DNA from: Zootoca vivipara
Taxonomy: Eukaryota
Direction: 5' to 3'
DNA: 64,000 nucleotides
Assembly (NCBI RefSeq): GCF_963506605.1
Contig: NC_083278.1
Coordinates: forward strand, 80,848,001-80,912,000
Shown here: positions 35,526 through 49,051 of the stretch, one piece after another
How positions within the stretch are numbered: the stretch's first letter is position 1
Layout of the letters: each line of letters starts with the position of its first letter
Translations under genes and position numbers: made by a program
Notes under the pieces: generated by a model
Told to the model about the DNA's origin: nothing
The model's database searches: none
What the model saw: the letters and a program-made list of their open reading frames with translations, nothing else

Positions 35526-36470
35526 CTAGCTGGCCCTGCCACGCGTTGCTGTGGCTCAGTCTGTTAAATGGAGACTCAGAGTCCCCCTTCAGACTCCCCT
35601 CACCTTCAGAGTCCCCCTGTTTTACGTGTGTTCTATTTACGCAGGCGCATCCCTGTGACTCCCCCCACCCTGTGCTGATCCATGACGTATCCCGCCCCCT
35701 CTTCCCCCCCCCCGGCTTATCCCTGTGATTACCCTGTCCTGACCCATGACATATCACGCCCCCTCTTCCCCCCACCCCCGGTTCATCCCTGTGACTGGTC
35801 CCACCGTGTCCTGACCTATCCTGTCCCCTCCTCCCCCCAACTCCCACCCAGGCGAGTCAGTACCTCCATTCAGCCTAGTCTGTAAAGGCTTCAGCCTAGT
35901 ATGTAAACGGGAGCCAAGGTGCTGTTGAGAGGGAAGGTTTTATAGGTGCAGTACCAGTATAGCCGCTGCTAGAGGGCACTGGTTTGCAACCTGGTTCTTT
36001 TCCCAGAATGCATTTTCGTCTGAGTGGTGTGTTTTGAGACACGGGGTTTTCGGGGTTTTACCAGGCACAGGTGTGACTTCTGTATTTGAAAATGGTACGG
36101 GTTTACTCTCATGTTCGCATGCGGCATTGTGTCAAAATTTGAATGCAATCAGTCAAGCGGTTTTGGTGAAACGTGGATACTAACCGACATGGCCAGTTTA
36201 CATCTATATACAGTGGTACCTCTACTTACGAATTTAATGTGTTCCGAACGCACATTTGTAAGTCGAAAAAATTTAAATCCTATAGGAATGCATTGGGAGA
36301 AAAAATTCGTAAGTTGAAGCAACCCTATCTAAAAATTCGTAAGTAGAAAAAATCCTATCTAAACCGCATCCAAGATGGTGGACGGAGCTCCATTCATAAG
36401 TAGAAACATTTGTAAGTAGAGTTATTCGTAAGTAGAGGTACCACTGTATATATTATATATAGAATATAGA
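35526..36470 (-). mobile_element. Non-autonomous Helitron (same group as 4965 and 5794)
   Basis: A|CTAG plus hairpin GCCAC..GTGGC at left, ATAGA|T at right; shares CACAGGTGTGAC and TTGTGTCAAAATTT blocks with 4965..5790. Confidence 0.75.
36211..36446. mobile_element. Tigger/pogo-like MITE nested in the Helitron
   Basis: Perfect 23-bp TIR CAGTGGTACCTCTACTTACGAAT, TA TSD. Confidence 0.9.
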
Positions 36471-37277
36471 TAAGGGTGCAAGTCCCTCTGAGATGCATGT
36501 TCATCGTGTCTCGATTGGGTTAGCACAAAATCCACCCGTATGTTCAAGCCATCACACAAACTCTCTCAGTAACCTTAAATTACAACCCGTAAAGGCTGCC
36601 TCTATTAACCACAAATTGCAATTGAGGGGATGTAGATGTGGTTTGGCTTAAGACGCCCTACAGATTTCATGGGAAAGGCAGAATTTGAACCTGAGTTCTG
36701 CTTCACTGCACAATCTCTTAGGTCAAACTTCACACTTCATTGTGTGGCAGCAGTCATATCAGGAAAATAAAAAGGCTTGGGGGAGGGGGTGGTTTTCAAG
36801 GGACTGCAACATGCAAGGAGAAGAAGTTTATTTGTTCCCTCCCTAGCTGTGGTCCTAAAAAATAAAAATGCCATGCATTGCAGTTAGCCCTTGAAAAGAG
36901 TGCCCATTGCACTAATGAGAACTTTTCCCCTAAGGCTAAAACTGCAGCCTGTGGGGGGGGGGGGATTTTTGTCAGTACTGTGGCTGGGAAGGTTTAAAAC
37001 TCCTCTCTATGTGCACTGTAGCCACGATTAAAATGCTCACCTGCATCTAGAAGGGGATTCTCTCCCCCACTCCAAACCCTGCTGTGTATGCTAGCCACAC
37101 AATGTGGTTTTTTGCCTGTGGCTTCTCTGTTATAGTGAGCTAAGGAATGCATTTTTTAAATTTTAATTTTACAAGATCTTCGCATCCCTATAATTAGCTG
37201 ACTAAACGGGGATGCTATGAGAGATGAGAGCAGCAATAATTGTACTACAGGTCTTAAGAACTGCAGGTACCAGAATA

Positions 37278-37694
37278 CAGTGGAACCTCGGTTTATGAAC
37301 ACCTCGGTTTATGAATTTTCGGTTTATGAACGCCGCGGACCCATCTGGAACGGATTAATTCACTTTCCATTACTTTTAATGGGAAAGTTCGCTTCAGTTT
37401 ATGAACGCTTCAGTTTATGAACAGACTTCCGGAACCAATTACACCCATGTTTCAGTTTATGAACGCTTCAGTTTAAGTACTTCACGGACCCGTCTGGAAC
37501 GGATTAATCCACTTTCCATTACTTTCAATGGAAAAGTTCGCTTCAGTTTATGAACGGTTACTCCGTGGACCGTCTGGAACGGATTCATTCACTTTCCATT
37601 ACTTTCAATGGGAAAGTTCGCTTCAGTTTATGAACGCTTCAGTTTACGAACAGACTTCCGGAACCAATTGTGTTCATAAACCGAGGTACCACTG
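37278..37694. mobile_element. Tigger/pogo-like MITE with internal repeats
   Basis: TIR CAGTGG(A/T)ACCTCGGTTTATGAACAC, TA TSD; three internal ~70-bp repeats. Confidence 0.9.
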
Positions 37695-40445
37695 TAACTG
37701 CATTCAACCAAGCCCTGAACTTTTCACCCTGCAAACTCTAGCAGACACTGCCACTCAAGTCAATCTCTTAAACATGGTAATTGAACTGTTAAATTATTAC
37801 ATAGTCATGTCTAGATGGGCTATTGCCCATTACAAATTAATCATATCTGGTGTAGAAGATGGGATCTGGCTAGGTTTACATGATTAATTTATCATACACA
37901 TATTCTTATGGCCACATCCAGCACTCTTAATTCCAATTTGCTAGTTGTAGCCATTTCTGATTATTTAAACCCAACTGCTCACAAACGCACAAAATGCCTA
38001 TTAGCCTACAGTTTTAATTTGCCATCCTTCCTTTTCTTTCTACCATGGCTTTCATTCGCGCAGCTTTTTAGATTCATTTAGCATCGCAATATCTCAACTG
38101 CGGTGACATGTCATCGCTTCAAGATGTAAGTTTGAGAGAAAAGTTCTAAACTTTAAAAGCAGCTCCTACAGAAATACCATTTAATTCTTACCTGTTTCTA
38201 GCTGAGATAGGAAGGTAAAAGGTAACAGCCAAAACACATCAGTTTGTGAAAATCTTGGTTTTTACGGGACAAAATGCTGCCATTCTTTTCCCCCTCATCT
38301 GATTTTCTGAAAAGTGACAAATTAAGATAGTTACACAATGATGCACCACCTCTCAGGTCATAGTGACTTAGTTGCTCTTCCAAGCAGAATGTGCTTAGCA
38401 CATCTTAGTGCATAAGATAAAGTAGATTTGGGGAGAGTGGGCTGGCTTTATACATGCCTCTAACATATCAGTCATTATTTCTTTTCCCACCCCCACCATT
38501 GTGGCATTTTGCCATGCATGGAGTTGCACGTGTGAAGTGCTAGCATATTAACGTTTCTGTATTCCATCTCTGCATAAAACTGTAAAGCATATTTGACATT
38601 ATTCTGAAGGTGGCTGCCTTGCTTGCGTGTAGGGCTTTCCTGGGAAAGCTTCCCTGATTGACCAACATTCCAGTTTCCCGTGTTGGAAACCCTACCCATG
38701 AATAAGGCAGCCAGACTAAGGCTGGGTGGGAAATGTGTGTCAGGTATTATTCACCATCAAGAAGGCCAGGCTTATCTTGTGCTTGGCCCCTTGGCCCTTT
38801 GAAACTGGGTGCTTGGAGAGGTATTTATATGTTTCACATGAAACATGAAATCTAGGCCAGGGAAGAAAAATATTTTTAAAATGCTTAATTAAAACAAAAC
38901 TTAAGTCAGAACCAAAGATATATTAAAAAGTGTATTTCCACATTACTTTTTCTTTAATGAACATACATGCTTCATTTTGTACTGAGGGCAAAGCTCCAAG
39001 TAACAGACATGTCCAGAAAGAAATACAGTATGTTGTTTTTTAAGTACTTAAATGAATGGGACATTTATTTTGTTTCTCTTTCTAAATCTTCTTAATTTAT
39101 GTTCGTCTTCTGAAAGAGAAATCAAACAGCCTGATCTGGATTTCTGAACTGAATAAATTGAAAGAGACAAAATCCTTGGGTTGTTAGCTTATGCTTTTAT
39201 CATAAATTATATTAACTAGATTTATATTCCAGTCCTCCAGGGTTTAAAATAATTGTCATGTTATGGTAGCAGTCAAGGGCATGAACATCGTGATGGCAAT
39301 AGTCAAAACTTCTTTCTTTAATCAGTATAATATAAATAAATGAGATTTTCCCTTATTCATTTTCGTTAGTTGCATTTTAGTTTGCCGCATTCTCCAGAAT
39401 TAACAAATCCTTAAATGCTATGCTGGTTCCCAATAAAAATGTAGATTTGTACATCTCTTGATAATTAGCTATGAATTAAAACAAAGCATGTCACAAAGCA
39501 TTCATTGTTATGTGAAGAGCTACTTCCCCTTGTCTGGGACATTATGATCCTCCATCTGGCCTGAACTCCCATCACCTCATAAAAATCTGCTCTTATTTAT
39601 CAATATGTGCACAAAATATTAATTTCACTTGGAAAGTCTTTTTTTTTATTCTCCTAAAAGAAAAGCAATGATGTCTAAGATCAGATGTTCCAACCCAGCT
39701 AGGGGCCGCAAACACACACAGAGAGAGCACCTTATCCAATCCAATCCAACAGTCAGGGATTCACATTCTTAGCTGGTTTTTTTTGTTATTTTAAAATTGC
39801 TACTGATGAACTGTTTTGGTAGGTAAGCAAAAGTTAGATACAATCTTCAACTCTTTCCATGACGAGCAGCTGGTTACGGCAGTCTGTTTCTGTTACCTGG
39901 CCACTATGAGCACACTTTCTGGGCTACTGGGTATAGGGCCAGGGCCCCCAATAGAACTCCAAACAACCCCTAAGATTCCTCAGTGCACAATGAAAGGAAT
40001 GAATGCACCCACAGCCAAGGTTCAAGATGACTCTCAAAGCAACACTGGCAGTAAGCTAAGCCAATCAGACGCAACCTCTGGTATTGCAGGGCCAGTGAAA
40101 CCAACAACAGGGCATGTTGAGAAGGCTTGCTGCTCCGGTATTCTCATTGACCCCACAACCCTAAAGCTGGTACCTGAATGGTAGAACTCACTGCTACTTT
40201 CGCCCTGGCTCTAGCAATATTTAAAATTAAAATGCTAGGCAGCTGAAGCCTCACCGGAGCTTGCTAGGACAGCAATTTGCAGAGAGTGTGGGCCAGCAGA
40301 CTTGCCAACTTGCCTGCCTGCCTGCCTGCAAGACAGGGAAGGAGGGAGAGCAAAAAGTGTGGTTGCTGTCACTCTTCATTAGCTTTGAGGTAACACTTGC
40401 AACATTAAAATGTTAGCTTGGACATTCCTTAGGGTGCCAATCTAT

Positions 40446-41586
40446 CCTGTATGTAACAGCTACATGAAACCGCTGAGCGGGGTCATCCAAAGTTTTAGAG
40501 TGCGTTGTCAGAAATATGCTGACAACACGCAGCTCTACTTCTCCTTTACATCTGCCGGTGTGGCAGTAGATGTGCTGGACCTTTGTCTTGCCTTGGAAAT
40601 CGACTGGATGAGAGCCAAAAAACTGAAGCTCAATGCAGATAAGACTGAGGGACTGTTAGTGGGTGGTTTCCTAGACCAGATGGATGGGAGGTTGCCTGTT
40701 CTTGATGGGGTTACACTCCCTCTGAAGGAGCAGGTATGTAGCTTGGGGGGACTTCTGGATCCATTGCTAACATTTGAGGCTCAGGTGGCCTCAGTGGTGG
40801 GGAGTGCCTTCCATCAGCTTTGGCTGGCGACCCAGCTGCACCACATCTGGGCAGGGATAGTCTAATTTCTGTCGTCTATGCTCTGACAACCTCTGAGTTA
40901 GATTACTGCAACACGTTATATGTGGGGCTGCCTCTGAAGACAGTTCAAGAAACTTCAGGTTGTACAGAATTCAGCCGCCAAGTTGCTCACTGGGGCAAGA
41001 TGGTTTGAGCATATAATGCCAATCCTGGTCCAACTGCGCTGGCTACCAATTAGTTTCCAATTCAAAGTGCTGGTTTTGACCTATAAAGCCTTAATCAGCT
41101 CAGGATTGCACCTCAAGGACTACTTCTCCTCATGTGTGTATCTGAAGAAGTGTGCATGCACACGAAAGCTCATACCAATAACAAACTTAGTTGGTCTCTA
41201 AGGTGCTACTGGAAGGATTTATTTTTTATATACTTTACTTCTCCCCATATGAACAGACCCAGACCCATCTTTGTGGGCCTCCTCCATGGGAGGGCTAAAA
41301 GAAACAGGGCTTTTTGCAGTGGTTCCCTGCTTGTAAAATGCTCTCCACAGGGCGGCTCACCTGGAGCCGTCATTACATATCTTTAGGCACCAGGAGAAAA
41401 CATTTCTTTATAACCAGACCTTTGGCTAATTAAACAATCCATGGCCTTTTAAATATGTTTGTGGGAAGGAGGTTATTGCCTTGTTGTTTTTAGTATATAT
41501 TTTGTGTTCTCATTTTGTATTTTTATATTATGCACCACCCTGTGAACTTTGGATGAAGGGCAGGATACAAATATAATAATAACAAC
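40446..41586 (+). mobile_element. L2 LINE fragment, copy B
   Basis: Duplicate of 2300..3440. Confidence 0.9.
41138..41175 (+). ncRNA. Minimal hammerhead-like motif, copy B
   Basis: Duplicate of 2992..3029. Confidence 0.6.
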
Positions 41587-42505
41587 AGCCACAACAACAA
41601 CACCTCTTTCTCCGGGGTAGAGTCTATCTTGGAAGGATTGATATTGCTATCTTTGTAAGATGGATGGTGAAACTCAGTTGTTCACTTATCTCAGGGGTGA
41701 GACACCTGTGGCTCTCCAGAAGTTGGTTGGACTCCCAGCCAAAATAAGCAATGGTCAGGCAACTTCGGGAGGAGAATATATTTTCCATACCTGCTCCCAG
41801 AGGGGTTCACCAATGAGTTTCATCTTAGCTTCCCCTTCGAAACAGATGCATTTCCCAAAGGTTTTATGATGTGCTGAATTCTAGCTGGCTATACAACCAC
41901 TTGTAAAAATGGCTAAAGGGAGCTCTTTCCCACAAACATGTCTCTGTCTTGCGTTGCTGCTGCAGCAGCTCTGCTACACAGGGATTTATTTGCTACATTA
42001 AAGAAAAGAGGTACATCCAAATCTCAAAGCAACGGATACAGTGGGTGAGGAGAAGGTGCACTTGGCCGGGCAGACTCATTAAGCAGTGATGCGGTCACCT
42101 CATGTTTTTAGGAGCTAGTAGGCAGGCTTCTGGGACGAGCTTGCTAGGGAAATAGAAAATGAGATAGGAGAACTGAGAGCATGAGGGCATTGTGGAAAAA
42201 GTGGTGCGTTAGTGGCAAGGAAATAAAGCATGGATGAGCAGCTAGGTAAGCACTGGGAAGTCGGAGGTCACCTTGACCAGCCCCCCCCCCCCAAACATGG
42301 CAATACCTGTTGCTCAAATGGGTTTGCCTTATGTTATGAAGAGCTGCTGTTTGAGAAAGACAAGCCAAAGTCTTTGGGGCATTAATTAAATTGCTCTTTT
42401 GTATTGGTTGAAGCAGCCTGAAGAGCTTGCCATGAGCTTAGGGAAGAGGGAGAAGAAGAAAAAGCTTGCTTAAATCTACTTCAAGTTTGGAAGGACACAG
42501 GATTG

Positions 42506-42552
<47 letters not shown>

Positions 42553-45500
42553 ATACACCTTCTGCTTCTCATACCACTCCCTCAATTAGGTTGTGAAGCA
42601 TCTCTTCATTTTAAGACATCCTTCACGTATCTTATATTAAAATAGGTTATTTCTTGAATTAATTAAAAGGGGAAAGTGGGGTGAATTTATAAAGAACAGA
42701 GCACATTTAAGTGGCCAACTACATCCAAGCACCTTTTATCCTTACAGTAAAGCAATTAATCACCATAAACTCATTTTGTCTAAAAGCAGTAGCAATTGAT
42801 TGTTCCGTTTAAATCACTTTATTGTCCAGTCTGATGTCAGATCACCTAAATAGACATGCTTATAAATTCCCTGTATGGGAACATTGTATGTTTTGAAGGT
42901 TAGTTAGGATGGGAATGTTTTGTGCCAGTTGCTGGCAAGAGCTACATCTTTAATTTCTGCAAAAATTATACATCCAAGGTTTATCAAGATGAGTGGCACA
43001 CATATACGGTAAGAGTCTGAACGGGTGCAGTCACAACCTAAACCACAACCTGAATGGGTGAAGTCCACAACCTGGAACGAGATGCACTTAGGATATGTCT
43101 TTAATAATAACTAGCTGTACCCAGCCACGTGTTGCTGTGGCTCAGTCAGGGCCCCTGTTTCCCAGGACAGGCGTATGAGGTAACAACAGACCTCTCTATG
43201 TTGTCCCCGGTGGGTGATGTCATCTTCCCCCCCATGTGACATCACCCTCCACCCCAACCCCCCTCTCCCCCTCCCATACCATATGCATATTTGGGGGAGG
43301 GTTGCCCGCTTCCACCGCCGGATCCCGGTGGGTCAGGGGGCAGGCAAACCAGGTGGAGTTCCATATCAAAGGTGGAAATGGGAAGGGCGGGTGGGAGAGA
43401 GAAGGGGAGGCAGTGGCGGCGAAGGGACAGGATCTGGCCCCTGGTCTCCCAGAAGGAGTTGCCTACCATATGGACATTTGGGAGAGGCCCTGGTCGCTTC
43501 CCCCGGAGGATCCCAACGGGCGAGGGGGCAGGCAACCCAACTGCAGTTCCTTATCGAAGGCGGACATGCCGGGGGGGGGTGAGGCGGTGGTGGCGAAGGG
43601 GCAGGATCCGGCCCCCAGTCTCCCAGAAGGACCCGCTGCCCACCCGCTCCCAGTACCCTTTGCACGTTTGCGCCGGAAGGACACCACTGCGTACCCCAAG
43701 GTTTTCCTGGGAGTAAGAAATTTACTATAACTTGTGTTGCTTTGACGTCCAACAGATGGCACTATTTTCTCACAAAAACATGTTTTTACTTGTCACAGGT
43801 GTGACATCTTTATAATCTAATTATATACAAACACTCCCGTATTTGAATGCAATGTTGTGTCAAAATTTCAAAGCAATAAGTCAAGAACTTTTGGAGATTT
43901 TTGATTATGTACAAATGGACATTTACATTTTATAGATAACTACCGGTAGCTGGCCCTGCCACATGTTGCTGTGGAATTGTTTGTTAAATGGCGGGTCAGA
44001 GTCCCCCTTCAGATTCCCCAGACCGTCAGAGTCCCCCCTGTGTTGTTTAGATAGGGGCATACCTGTGTCTCCCCACACTCTGTAGTGACCCATCCCAGGG
44101 AAGGTCTTAGTTATCCCTGTCACCTATTGAAAGACCCCCCCCATCCCAATCAGGGAAGGACTTACCTATCCCTGACCCCTATTTGGCCCCCCCACCGATT
44201 GAGGGTAATACGGAGGGGGTGGGGGGGTTGGTGGGTGGTGTTGTAGAGTGAGGGTAGTATGTAGGTGGTTTGTGGGTCCTGGGCGAGCGGTGTTGTAGAG
44301 TCAGGGTAATATGGAGGTGGTTAGGGGTGTCGATGTGGGATTTCTGTGTGTGTTGGGATGTGGGGGTGGATTGGGGAAGGTGGAAGCTACACAGCGGCTT
44401 AGGTCTGTGGTGGTGGGGCGAGGTAGGCCTGAGGCGTCGGAATTGGAGGGGTGGTCGGGGAGGTGGCCTGGTCCCTGGGGGTGGTAGGATCGGCGGCGGA
44501 GGGTCCCGGGAGATGTCGGGATTGGCGGGGGCAGAACCTGTGGGGTAGGTGGAGGCTACAGAGCGGCTTAGGTCTGAGGTGGTGGGGCGAGGTAGGCCTG
44601 AGGCGTCGGAATTGGAGGGGTGGTCGGGGAGGTGGCCTGGTCCCTGGGGGTGGTAGGATCGGCGGCGGAGGGTCCCGGGAGATGTCGGGATTGGCGGGGG
44701 CAGAACCCGTGGGGTAGGTGGAGGCTACAGAGCGGCTTAGGTCTGAGGTGGTGGGGTGAGGTAGGCCTGAGGCATCGGGATTGGAGGGGTGGTCGGGGAG
44801 GCGGCCTGGTCCCTGGGGGTGGTAGGATCAGCGGCAGAGGGTCCCGGGAGACGGCAGGATCGGCAGGGGCGGAATCCGTGGGGTGGGGTGTGTGTGTGGA
44901 GTGGGCTTGGTCAGGGCGGGAAGGGGTCAGTGGTATGTGATCTCCTGTGCGACCGTGGGTCCCTGGTGAACGGTTAATGAAGAGGGTTAATGCTCTAGAG
45001 TTCAGTCACACCTGGTGGCACTTTTGGATGGCCTCAAGATGTGTCTGCAAAAAGCAGATAAATCTTCACTCTTGCCTAATGTTCCACTGGGCTACTTAAT
45101 AGTACTGTATTGCTGAGACTGTCAGTAAACTTTTATTCTGTGATCCTAAAAAAACAAATAAGCCTTTGCAATCAGAAGTTGCAGCAGTCCTGTACTTTGT
45201 GAAATGTTTTTCTTTCTTCTTCTTTGATTAACAATTACATCTGCAAGCTTTTGTTCACATGAAGCCCCATCACTATTTACTACAGCAGTAGAAAGCTGGC
45301 AAATTATTTTAAAGTAAATAAACACAGCTGTAGGAAACATTTCCCTAGTTTCTTCTACATTCTACAAGCTGGAACTATTTTTTATTCACTCCCCCTCTCC
45401 GAATCTCGTTTTAAACATTTTTCTGTCAAATGCACTGAAGTTCAGCCAGGGAAAAACATAAAACCAGTCTGGAGGAAAAATTGTATAAATTTGCATCTGC

Positions 45501-48500
45501 AGAGAAAGACTGCAGACAAGCTGGAAAGGATTCAGGAGAGTGTCACAAGAGGAACAGGTCTCCAAGGCAAGTTGTGTCAAGACAAGCTGAAGGAACTGGG
45601 TCTGTTTACCCTGGAGAAAAGAAGATTAAAGGAAGCATATGCTGGCAGGTTTCACATATCTAAAGGGATATTTAAAAAGAAGAGAGAAGGAATTGGTACA
45701 AATTGCTAATTGCAGCCACTCAGGATAGGACAAAAAGCAAAAAACCTACAAAAATTAAACTACAGGAAGACAGGTTAAGCATCAAGAGAAAAACATCATT
45801 TCTGTAAGCAGTTCAGCAAAGAAGTCAACTACTTAAGCAAATCATGGGGTCACCTTTCTAGAGATTTCAGTGAAAAAGCTGAACTGGCAACTATTGGTGA
45901 TGTTCAGACGTATTAGGTGGAATTCAATGAACAAACATTCCCATCTGTCCAGCTTGCCAGAGAGAACGATTCCCCCCTCCACTCATTTACTAGTTCTGGG
46001 GTTCTCCCGATCCTAGCAAGCCAATTTGAGGGGTACACAGGGAGGAAAGCTGCATTGCACAAGCAGAAATCCTTCCCCAGGTCTTCCACTGACAGAATCT
46101 GGCCCGGAACACTGGTGGTGGTGTTCTGCATGGTCTACTATCAAAGTCACTCATTCAGTTATTCAGATGTTCCCCATTTTGAAATTTGCAGGTGTAAGAA
46201 TCCCAAAGTACAGTTCTGTCGCATTGCCTCTTATGGGCCATTCTCCCTTACTATTCAGTTTCTCTACCGGCATATAGGTGCCTGGATGATTTTTTTCTGA
46301 AAGGCAGGGCAGTAAATAATCTAAATAAACATATGTAACTCACATGAGGCCAGGTTGGCCAGTAGACTGGGTCTCTGGAAAAAAATGTATTCCAGGTTTA
46401 CTCCTTCATTGGTTCTCAAGTGGGTAAGACCTGATGTACACCTATAGGTAGACATGGCATCCAGATAATGTCTTTCCATTCATTGCTGGAACCCTTCTTC
46501 CTCTGGCTCCTTTTACCTCCTCCAGTCCTTAATGAATAGCAATGCTGCTGCAATCATCTTCACAGCCTCCTGACTGCGCTTTCTAGGTTAACAACACTGA
46601 ACTACACTTTGGGGTTATCATACACTGCCTTCCCCCTTCCTTCAGAAAAAAAATGTTTAACAACACCTGGTTACTTTGCAGGACTCGTGTAAGTACCTAC
46701 AGAGTCTCAACCACATTCCTGCAGTATGGGTCATAGCTGCCAAGTTTTCCCTTTTCTCGCGAGGAAGCCTATTCAGCATAAGAGAAAATCCCTTTAAAAA
46801 AGGGATAACTTGGCAGCTATGGTATGGGTACAATGGTGGACTTTTAACCTGCACTGGCATTTTTTAAATGTAATTTTTAAAATGTTTACAAAATCAGAAG
46901 AAAATCACACAGAGAGAAAGAATAGGTTAGAAAGATAATGGAGAAAGCGGATAGAGGAAAGTTTTTCTCCCTGTCTCATAATACTAGAACTAGATGGAGC
47001 GACGCCCCTAAGAAAAAAGGTTGCAACATTTAGGACTTTAAAGTTTAGAACAAAGGTCGCTGATAGGCAACATGACAGAAGTTTCAGGACAGATGAAAAG
47101 CAAGGACTTCTTCATGCAGCACACAGTTAAACTAAGGAACTCTCTCGCACAAGAGGCCACCAACTTAGATGGCTTTAAAAGACGACTGGACAAATTCATG
47201 GAGGAGAAAGCTATCAATGGCTGCTGGTCATGATGGCTATACTCTGCCTCCACAACTGAAGGCAGTAATGCGTCTGAATACCAGCTGCTGGAGACCACTA
47301 GAGGGGAGAGTGCTCTTTGGCTTGAATCTTGCTTGAGGGTTTTCCACAGGCATCTAGTTGGCCACTCTGAGAACAGATGCTGGACTATAAGGGCCACTGG
47401 CCCGATCCAGCAGGCTCTTATGTCCCTACATTCTTCTCTGCTTTCCTAAATGCCAGTCATTGCTATGACTTCACTAGCTAGAGACACTGAAATATGGGCA
47501 CAGCCTTATTCTCACTAGGTAAGGACACCACTGTTCTACTGGGAGATGTAACTAAAAGTCTTCCTCCCAAATTTAGGTAGAGAGAAGAGGTGTTTGAAAT
47601 CTGAAGCTGGCTGGCAAGAAGCAGCCTTGAGGTGTAGTTACATTTGGGGGACTTAATGCCTGCTTTCTTTCCACTTTCTCTACCAATAAATGGTGTTTGT
47701 GTGTAACAAAATGTTACAATAATCTAGTAGTTTCTCCTCAGAAAGGTAAATATGAAAAACTTTCTCTGATATTAGAACTGCTCTGGAAAGCATCCTTGAT
47801 TTTTTTAGCAACTTTCTGATGAATAGGTTTTTTAAGAGGAGCTTCTGAAAAGTAGGAGAGTTTTAGATGAAGTCATGGCAATATAGTTTTTTTTTTCAAG
47901 GGCATATACTTTACTAATCTATTTCTCCACATTAAGTGGGAGGGGAGGGAAACACTGCAGTTATTAGCTGAAGGAGAAATAACATTAGCTTTATTTAAAG
48001 TTCAATCTAATTTTACCTCATTTTGTTCTCAAACCCATGAAGATTACAGATGTTTGGAATTCACTCACGCCCAAAGAAATTATGCAATCTATTTGTGTAA
48101 GTATCTAAGGATTAATATTTGTAGGCACTGATCCTTTTTGCGTGAGTCAAGCTAGTACAGTCGAGAGAAATGGCCAATCTCTTTTTATTTGCTAGTGAAA
48201 TGTAAGTATAATTAAAGACGGAAGGTTCCAGGAGGTGGACATCTTGCTCAAACAACTTTCAAACACCCTACCACAGCTTAGAAGTTTTGATAATACTCAG
48301 CACAGGTTTTTTTTGACATTGTATTAACTGCCAAGCAGCAAGGCATTGCAAGAGCAAGCCCACTGCAAGTTCATTTCCTTTGCTTGTTATTGCCCTTCCC
48401 AAGGAGAGGCAGGAAAGACAAAAGCATATCTTCATGATGCAAGAAAACTAGACTGAAGAAAATACAGCCTTCCATGGGAGTCAAATAATAGTATTGTTCT

Positions 48501-49004
48501 TGTGATACGACTCTGGCCCCCTCCTCTATGGCTTCTCTGGTTGCTTTACAGTGAGCATCAAAGGAAAGAAGAGGGATGCCAAGCAAACTCCCCAGGAGGG
48601 CTTTTTCATAGGTCTTCCCTCTTGACCAGGCTACAATGAAGGCAGCCTCTGAGGGCTATCTTCAAGTGCTATTTGGTAAAGGAACAGAAGAGGATGGTCA
48701 AATGAGTATCACACTTGTGATGCAGAAAACATCTACAGCATAAAAAGCTGGCACAAGACGAGTGGGGAGAGCTCCATGGCCATAGAACCACGATACAGTG
48801 CTCCCTTGTGCACTACACCTGACTGACCTAGTGAGTGAGCAAACCAGGAGAACCTTCAAAACAGATCTTAAGAGTGCAGGCTAGTAAAAAAGCTTGAACT
48901 CAATCAATTTGGGTTTTACACTTTGAACTAGTTCTGGAAACACGCCAATAATCTCACCTTCTCTCACCCCACACACTTAGGATGTTGTAACCTAGATTTG
49001 TATT

Positions 49005-49051
<47 letters not shown>

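Noticed and set aside
37337-37640. Regularly recurring repeats resembling a CRISPR array
   Set aside because: Internal duplications of a TIR-bounded MITE in a vertebrate genome; no unique spacers and no cas genes.
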